A model generated the notes under the pieces. The model searched no databases and was not told the DNA's origin. It saw nothing but the letters and a program-made list of their open reading frames with translations. Positions 9,070-14,144 of a DNA stretch of 14,144 bases are shown piece by piece; within the stretch, counting starts at the first letter, position 1; each line of letters starts with the position of its first letter. Origin of the DNA: Azolla caroliniana (Eukaryota; Plantae; Polypodiophyta); NCBI GenBank assembly GCA_043228905.1, contig JBHGNT010000895.1, positions 1-14,144 of the forward strand, written 5' to 3'. The position numbers and the translations under genes are program-made.

Positions 9070-9658
9070 TGTTGTCCTGTTCGACAAACACAAAGGGTCG
9101 AACAACTCACTTTCTAAATTGTTTTGTCAATGGGATTGTGGTATAGAGATTGGAGTCGGTCGACTCTGCCTAATGATCATTTAAACACACTCATATTTAA
9201 ACACAAACTCACTATATCACACTTAATCATTGTAATTAGCATAACACTTAAACACTCTTAGACTGGTGATCGACTGTAAAGTATGAGCAAACTCTCAAAG
9301 CAAGAAGAATTCAAGACACCCAATACTTTAACTAACAAACTTATATTAAAACTTATAGTAATATAGAGTGATGTTGTTACAATGCTCTCGGCCCCTTTTT
9401 ATAGGCAACCTAAGAGACTTCATCAAGATTATATAATTTTCGTTTGGCAAGATCCTACAGTGACAACTAATTATTACATATTTTTTCTACTTGGTAATAA
9501 TATTCGTTCGACTCTCTGTTTCATACTTGTTCTTCGTCCGACTCTAACTTCGACTCTGGCTACAACAACCTTTTTTTGACTACTTTCGACTATCATTATG
9601 CTAGTTTTTTGACCTATGTACTTTGACCAACTTGGCCGGTCAACCCAACTAGCTAACA
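9070..9658 (-). mobile_element. 5' LTR of the gypsy-type element (about 590 bp)
   Basis: TGTT...AACA termini (the left edge could be 9068), homology to 1124-1426, a minus-strand CTATAAAAA box, and a junction with copia gag at 9659. Confidence 0.8.
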
Positions 9659-10158
9659 TTGTCCAGATTCAGCTTTGGACAGTTGTTGACGAATGTCATG
9701 TAGAATAACTCCCAACTCGTCGGCAAGCTCGAAAGGAGGGCAAGGGCTTTGACTTCTTCTTTGAAGTTAATCCCTTGGGGGAGGAGAGTTCAGACAACAC
9801 CCGATTGAAGGTGTTGATGTAGGAGGTCGCCAGATCCTTCTCTCTCATCTTCATATTGAACAGTTGTTGGATAAATATGAGCTTTGACCAGGAGGACTTT
9901 TTCTCATATACGACTTGTAACTTCTCCCATGATGCTGAAATATACGTTGTCGGCCAAATGCATCCGTATGGTCGATCGTGCGATTTCGTCCATCGATCTC
10001 CACCTTTCAACAAACGTTGATGCTGGTTTGTCATTTTGGCGGATTGCTTTGACATGCCTTCAAATTATGAGCACGTCTTGCATCACGTCTTTCCATAAGG
10101 CGAAGTTCTTCCCATCGAACTTCCGGATTTCCACATTTGTGTCGGATTGTGTCGCCAT
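9659..10158 (-). pseudogene. Ty1/copia gag N-terminal remnant, cut off by the LTR at 9658
   Basis: MATQSDTNVEIRKFDGKNFALWKDVMQDVL...ARSTIRMHLADNVYFSI and WEKLQVVYEKKSSWSKLIFIQQLFNMKMRE...YINTFNRVLSEL, with stops and frameshifts. Confidence 0.92.
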
Positions 10159-10255
10159 TTTCTAAAAGTAGATGTTGCAGGCCTTGTCTTTTCTCTCAGT
10201 TGGATAACCTCTCTTCTTAGTCTTTGTTGTTCGTTTCCACCGGACAACAATGTCA

Positions 10256-10266
10256 CTCTGATACCA
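10256..10266 (-). promoter_or_regulatory. Primer binding site, initiator tRNA-Met type
   Basis: Minus-strand TGGTATCAGAG lies 2 nt after ...CAACA. Confidence 0.92.
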
Positions 10267-10268
10267 CT

Positions 10269-10547
10269 TGTTGTATATCTCAGATGTTAGCGCCGCGGAA
10301 TGTGTGAGGACCTAGAGGTTAGTGTCAAGCAAACAACATGTACAAGACAGAGAAACAGAGTATGAATAGAGTGCAAGAAGCGAGATGCTCAGTTGAAGCT
10401 CTAATGGAATTGTCTTATTCTCTTTGTAACAAACCCGTCTCTCTCTTTACAATGTTACGTTTAGGCTTATATATACAGAAGCCCTAACTTGACGACATGT
10501 TCACACCTAGGATACAAACAGGAAGGAGTTGGCCTTTTGTGCCAACA
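10269..10547 (-). mobile_element. 5' LTR of the minus-strand copia (about 279 bp)
   Basis: TGTTG...CAACA termini, adjacent to the PBS, with a minus-strand TATATATAAGCC box. The partner LTR is not in the window, so the 10547 edge is unconfirmed. Confidence 0.75.
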
Positions 10548-10568
10548 ATGTGGTTGAAAACAATGCAT

Positions 10569-11053
10569 TGTTAGACACAAAGATATTTTGTCGTCATCTT
10601 TGGAGGTCAATTATGACCTATACGACAAAAAACTATTGTTAAGATATCAAGCTCAACTAGGTTTAGCTATTTAGTCAACCACGTAACTTAGTAGTTACAT
10701 AATTAGAATCTAGTTAGAAGTATTGACCTGAAAGCCTTAAATAGAATTTTGTACTTAGTGGGGATGCATTCTAGGTCCTCCACTACCAAGTTCATTAAAT
10801 ATAGGACTTACATCCTTGTACCTATATTCTCCTTACATATGTGCACCCTGCCCATGAGATGTATATATACCTCATTGTGGGTATCTTTGTTCTTTAATGC
10901 TTATTAATATAGAGAAAGGTCTTTAGCTACACTCTTGTTAATCATTGCCAATTATCTCATTGTTCATAAGTGTAACTTCTCCTCTTCCTTCCTCTCACAC
11001 ACATATCACATAATCTTCCACGGCTTAATCACATATGTGATTAACTTCTGACA
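10569..11053 (+). mobile_element. Possible old LTR-like remnant
   Basis: TGTTAGA...TCTGACA imperfect termini, TATATATA near 10862 and a CT-rich downstream part. No matching TSD, PBS or partner. Confidence 0.35.
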
Positions 11054-11103
11054 TAATTAGATACTATTGAGAATCAAACACAACCTAGTTTAGTGTGTGA
11101 ACA

Positions 11104-11434
11104 TGTTGGGAATTCGGTCCCTCCGGATGGGATCCAGATGAGAATCGGAAACTAGATCGGATGGATCCAGAAGGTATCCGGTGTGAACCGGATCCACGGA
11201 CATATCTGTAATATGTTTCTAGTGTGCCTGTCATGGCCATATTTGTAAATAGTCCTAAAGTCATATAAGTATAAATATGACTTAGGGCAATCACTTTGGT
11301 GTGTGGTCATTATTGTTGTTGTATAGAGAGAGATAGAGAGAGATAGAGACAGAGAGAAACAAAACTTGTTTTTTGTTGTAACCGCTGGCGGGGCGAAGAC
11401 ATAGAGCAAGAGGTTGTTGCCTCTAAGTCTCGCA
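11104..11434 (+). mobile_element. 5' LTR of the second plus-strand copia
   Basis: It ends in CA 2 nt before the PBS and contains TATAAAT near 11270 and a (GA)n tract. The start at TGTTGGGA is a best guess. Confidence 0.7.
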
Positions 11435-11436
11435 TC

Positions 11437-11448
11437 TGGTATCAAAGC
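11437..11448 (+). promoter_or_regulatory. Primer binding site, initiator tRNA-Met type
   Basis: TGGTATCAAAGC differs from TGGTATCAGAGC by one G>A. Confidence 0.88.
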
Positions 11449-11470
11449 AAGGTTCTAAACCTTGAAGAAA

Positions 11471-13798
11471 ATGGAAGAGTCATTCGGAAGCATGTTCAAG
11501 CTCACTGGATCCAACTACCCAGTGTGGAAGTCGAAGATGAGGGACATGTTCGTGGTCAAAGATCTCTGGCTACCGGTACAATTCAGGGGAAAGAAACCAG
11601 ACAAGATCGATACCACGACGTGGGAGGTGATGCATATGAAGATGACAACATACATTAGGTGCTTCATCGACATGCGACTGTACAACAACTTTAACGAAAA
11701 AATTAAGGCTCACGTGCTTTGGGAGAAAATCGGTACCATGCTGGAGAGTAAAAACGCCATAAATCGGGTTTCGGTATTCCGGAAGTTAGTGAGACTTCGA
11801 TACCAAGACGGATCCAGCATGGAGGAGCACATGAATGCATTCCAGGGGCTCATAAATCAAACAACATCTACATAAGTACCTCTAGCCGACGAGGTACTTG
11901 CGTTGCTCCTGCTCGGTTGTCTCCCGATAGTTGGGAGACACTAGTTGTCACCTTGGGCAACGCCGGGCCGAAAGGAAAACAATTATCCCTAGAAACGGTA
12001 AAATCAAGCTTGCTGGATGAAGAAGCTCCCCAGAAGGACCGAGACTCCGGAACCGATCCGAAGGCCTTGGTCACGGAAGATGACCATAACTGGGAAGAGG
12101 CCGAAATCGGAGTCCCCAAAACAGGGACAAATCAGGGACGAGGTCAAAGTCAAGGGGAAGGCCCACTTGCTTTTGTTGCGGAAAGATGGGGCACTTCTAG
12201 AAGAATTGCTGACACTTCTGGAAAAGCAAAGGGGGAGCCGACAACCTGGAATCGAAGAAAATTTCAGAAATGAGAGGAACGTCGGCGATCACGACAAGTG
12301 AAGAAGAACTACTGCTAATCACTGAGGAGAGTGAGCTGCATCTTGTTAGTGATGAGTCGAAATGGGTAGTCGACTCGGGAGTGTCGTTCCACCTGACTCC
12401 CGACCGGAAGTGTTTCTCATCGTACAGAGTTGGAGATCACGGTTCTGTCCGGATGGGAAATGAAGGTGCATGCCAAATTGTCAACATAGGAGACGTGTGG
12501 TTGATGACGTCAACCGGGTGCAAGTTGCTACTGAAGGATATCCTCAAAGTTCCGGAAGTTCGGCTGATCCTCATATCAACTGTTCGGCTAGATGATGAAT
12601 GCTACATGGGTAGCATCTGGAATGGAGTCATGAAGTTTTGCAAAGGAAGTTTGATTGTGGCTCAAGCCCGGAAGATCAACACACTGTACTTGATGCATGC
12701 CCGGATCTGCCGAGAGGAAGTGAACGTGGCATCCAAAAATGCCGCTGAGCTGTGGCTCAAGAGGTTGTGCCACATGAGCCAGAAAGGGATGAGAAGACTT
12801 GCTGAAGATAACCTCATTCCGGAGGTGAAAGGAGTGCATCTTGAGAAGTGCACCGATTGCTTGGTCGACAAGCAGAACCAAACCTCTTTCCGGTCGAGAC
12901 CACTGTCGAGACGGAATGCACCACTAGAACTTGTAAATACCGATGTATACCAAGTGGACATGAAGTCACATGCTGGATCGTAGTACTTCGTGACATTCAT
13001 AGTGTTGTTGGGGTGGGGGGTGAAACCTAGAATGGTTTCACCCCCCTCCCAAGGGGGTTACGTTAGAGAGAGAGCAAGAGAGAAAGACAAATTGAAAGTG
13101 ACACAAAATGAGAGAGGAAAAATGTATATCTCATTACATACCCCATAGGGGGTTTATATAATACATCTAATGTAACAGTTACATGACCGTTATAAATAAG
13201 ACCGTTACGCATTCTTGTACACATGCACATAATTGTGCATATGTCCATACACATACTCATCCTCATACACTCATTTACTTTACACATACACATCAACCAC
13301 ATCATTACACATACCCTTATGCCTCCCTGTATATTCTTACGGGTAACACATAGATGACGACAACCGAAAGCTATGGGTCTCACCGCTGAAGACGAAGGAC
13401 TAGGTATTATCCATCTTCAAGGAATTCCACACGAGAGTGGAAAGAGAAACTGGCTGGAAGCTGAAGGCGGTTCGAGGAGACAATGGAGGAGAATACCGAG
13501 GGTAGTTCGAGGAGTACTACTGGTCGAAGGGAATCCGACTTGAATTCACCATGCCGAAGACACCGGAGCTAAACGAATTGGCCGAAAGGATGAACTGGAC
13601 CTTAATGGAGAGAGTCCGAAGCATGCCGCCACATGCTAAACCTTCCAAGACGTTTTGGGCTGAGGCGCGGATGACGGCAACGTACGTGATTAACATATCA
13701 CCCTCAACACCCTTGGACGGAGACACACCACAAAGAGTATGGACTGGTAAAGAGGTGTCTTACCGGCATCTGAAAGTGTTCAATTGTCTTGCATACGT
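11471..13798 (+). pseudogene. Copia gag-PR-IN (Tnt1/Tork-like, inferred), disrupted
   Basis: MEESFGSMFKLTGSNYPVWKSKM; protease WVVDSGVSFH; LWLKRLCHMS/CTDC; LELVNTDV; YFVTFI|DD across the 13003-13348 insert; GDNGGEY; TPELNELAERMN; LKVFNCLAYV. It has frameshifts and stops. Confidence 0.94.
13003..13348 (-). mobile_element. Solo LTR, 346 bp, with 5-bp TSD CATAG, inserted in the integrase core
   Basis: TGTT...AACA termini. CATAG lies at 12998-13002 and 13349-13353. Removal restores YFVTFIDDDNRKLWV. A minus-strand TATATAAACCCCC box is present. Confidence 0.92.
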
Positions 13799-14144
13799 TG
13801 TCGTGAGGATTTTCGGCCATGGTGAGAAAACCAAGTGGGACGCATAAAATGGGGATGTGCAACATTGCACATGCACTTGGAAGATTTGTAAAAGAAACAA
13901 ATGTTAAAAAGGAAAGGTAAATGTAAGGTGTTAAAAGTGCATTACGAAGATTCATAAAGTGTAAATGTGATGTCTTATGTGCACATGCACATGTAGACTA
14001 AAGAGAGAGTACATGAAGTACGAGTGTAGTGAGTAGTGGCCATAGTGTGTGTGAGGAGAGGGAGTTAAGGCTCCATCAATCTCTCTTCCTAAGATCAAGG
14101 CCAAATATTCCCCCATTGAAAGAAGGGGGGGTTGACCTCTTCTT
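13799..14144. mobile_element. Start of another LTR-type insertion, running off the window
   Basis: Integrase similarity stops at ...CLAYV. The new sequence begins TGTCGTG directly after ACGT and is non-coding with CATGCA motifs. Confidence 0.72.

Noticed and set aside
10632-11067. Alternative solo LTR bounded by ACTAT repeats (10632-10636, 11063-11067)
   Set aside because: The left end is TGTT but the right end lacks CA or any inverted match, so it is probably chance.
13063-13383. Met/Cys-rich 106-aa ORF
   Set aside because: It is the translation of CA/TG-rich LTR sequence and crosses the insertion boundary.

Overview
This is a plant-type repeat region made almost entirely of nested, decayed LTR retrotransposons; no host gene is visible. 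(1) A minus-strand Ty1/copia relic has its 5' LTR at about 10269-10547, a Met PBS, gag at 10158-9659 and probably the RNase H at 1123-250. (2) A minus-strand gypsy-type element with gag only (LTR copies about 9070-9658 and 1124-1426) abuts that gag. (3) A complete plus-strand Ty1/copia (2088-7970, TSD ATTCT, LTRs about 2% diverged) sits inside the gypsy-type gag. (4) A 901-bp solo LTR with a 4-bp TSD (ACGT) splits the RNase H of that copia. (5) A second plus-strand Tnt1/Tork-like copia starts near 11104 and is interrupted at 13003-13348 (solo LTR, TSD CATAG) and at 13799. (6) A further solo LTR (485-880, TSD GATGG) splits the left RNase H. Three signals stand out: two dissimilar solo LTRs each carry a tRNA-like Pol III A-box/B-box module apparently facing away from the LTR TATA box; two TGTCGTG-ended insertions both follow ACGT; and one LTR of the pair has a templated inverted insertion. 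Lineage names are inferred from motifs only.
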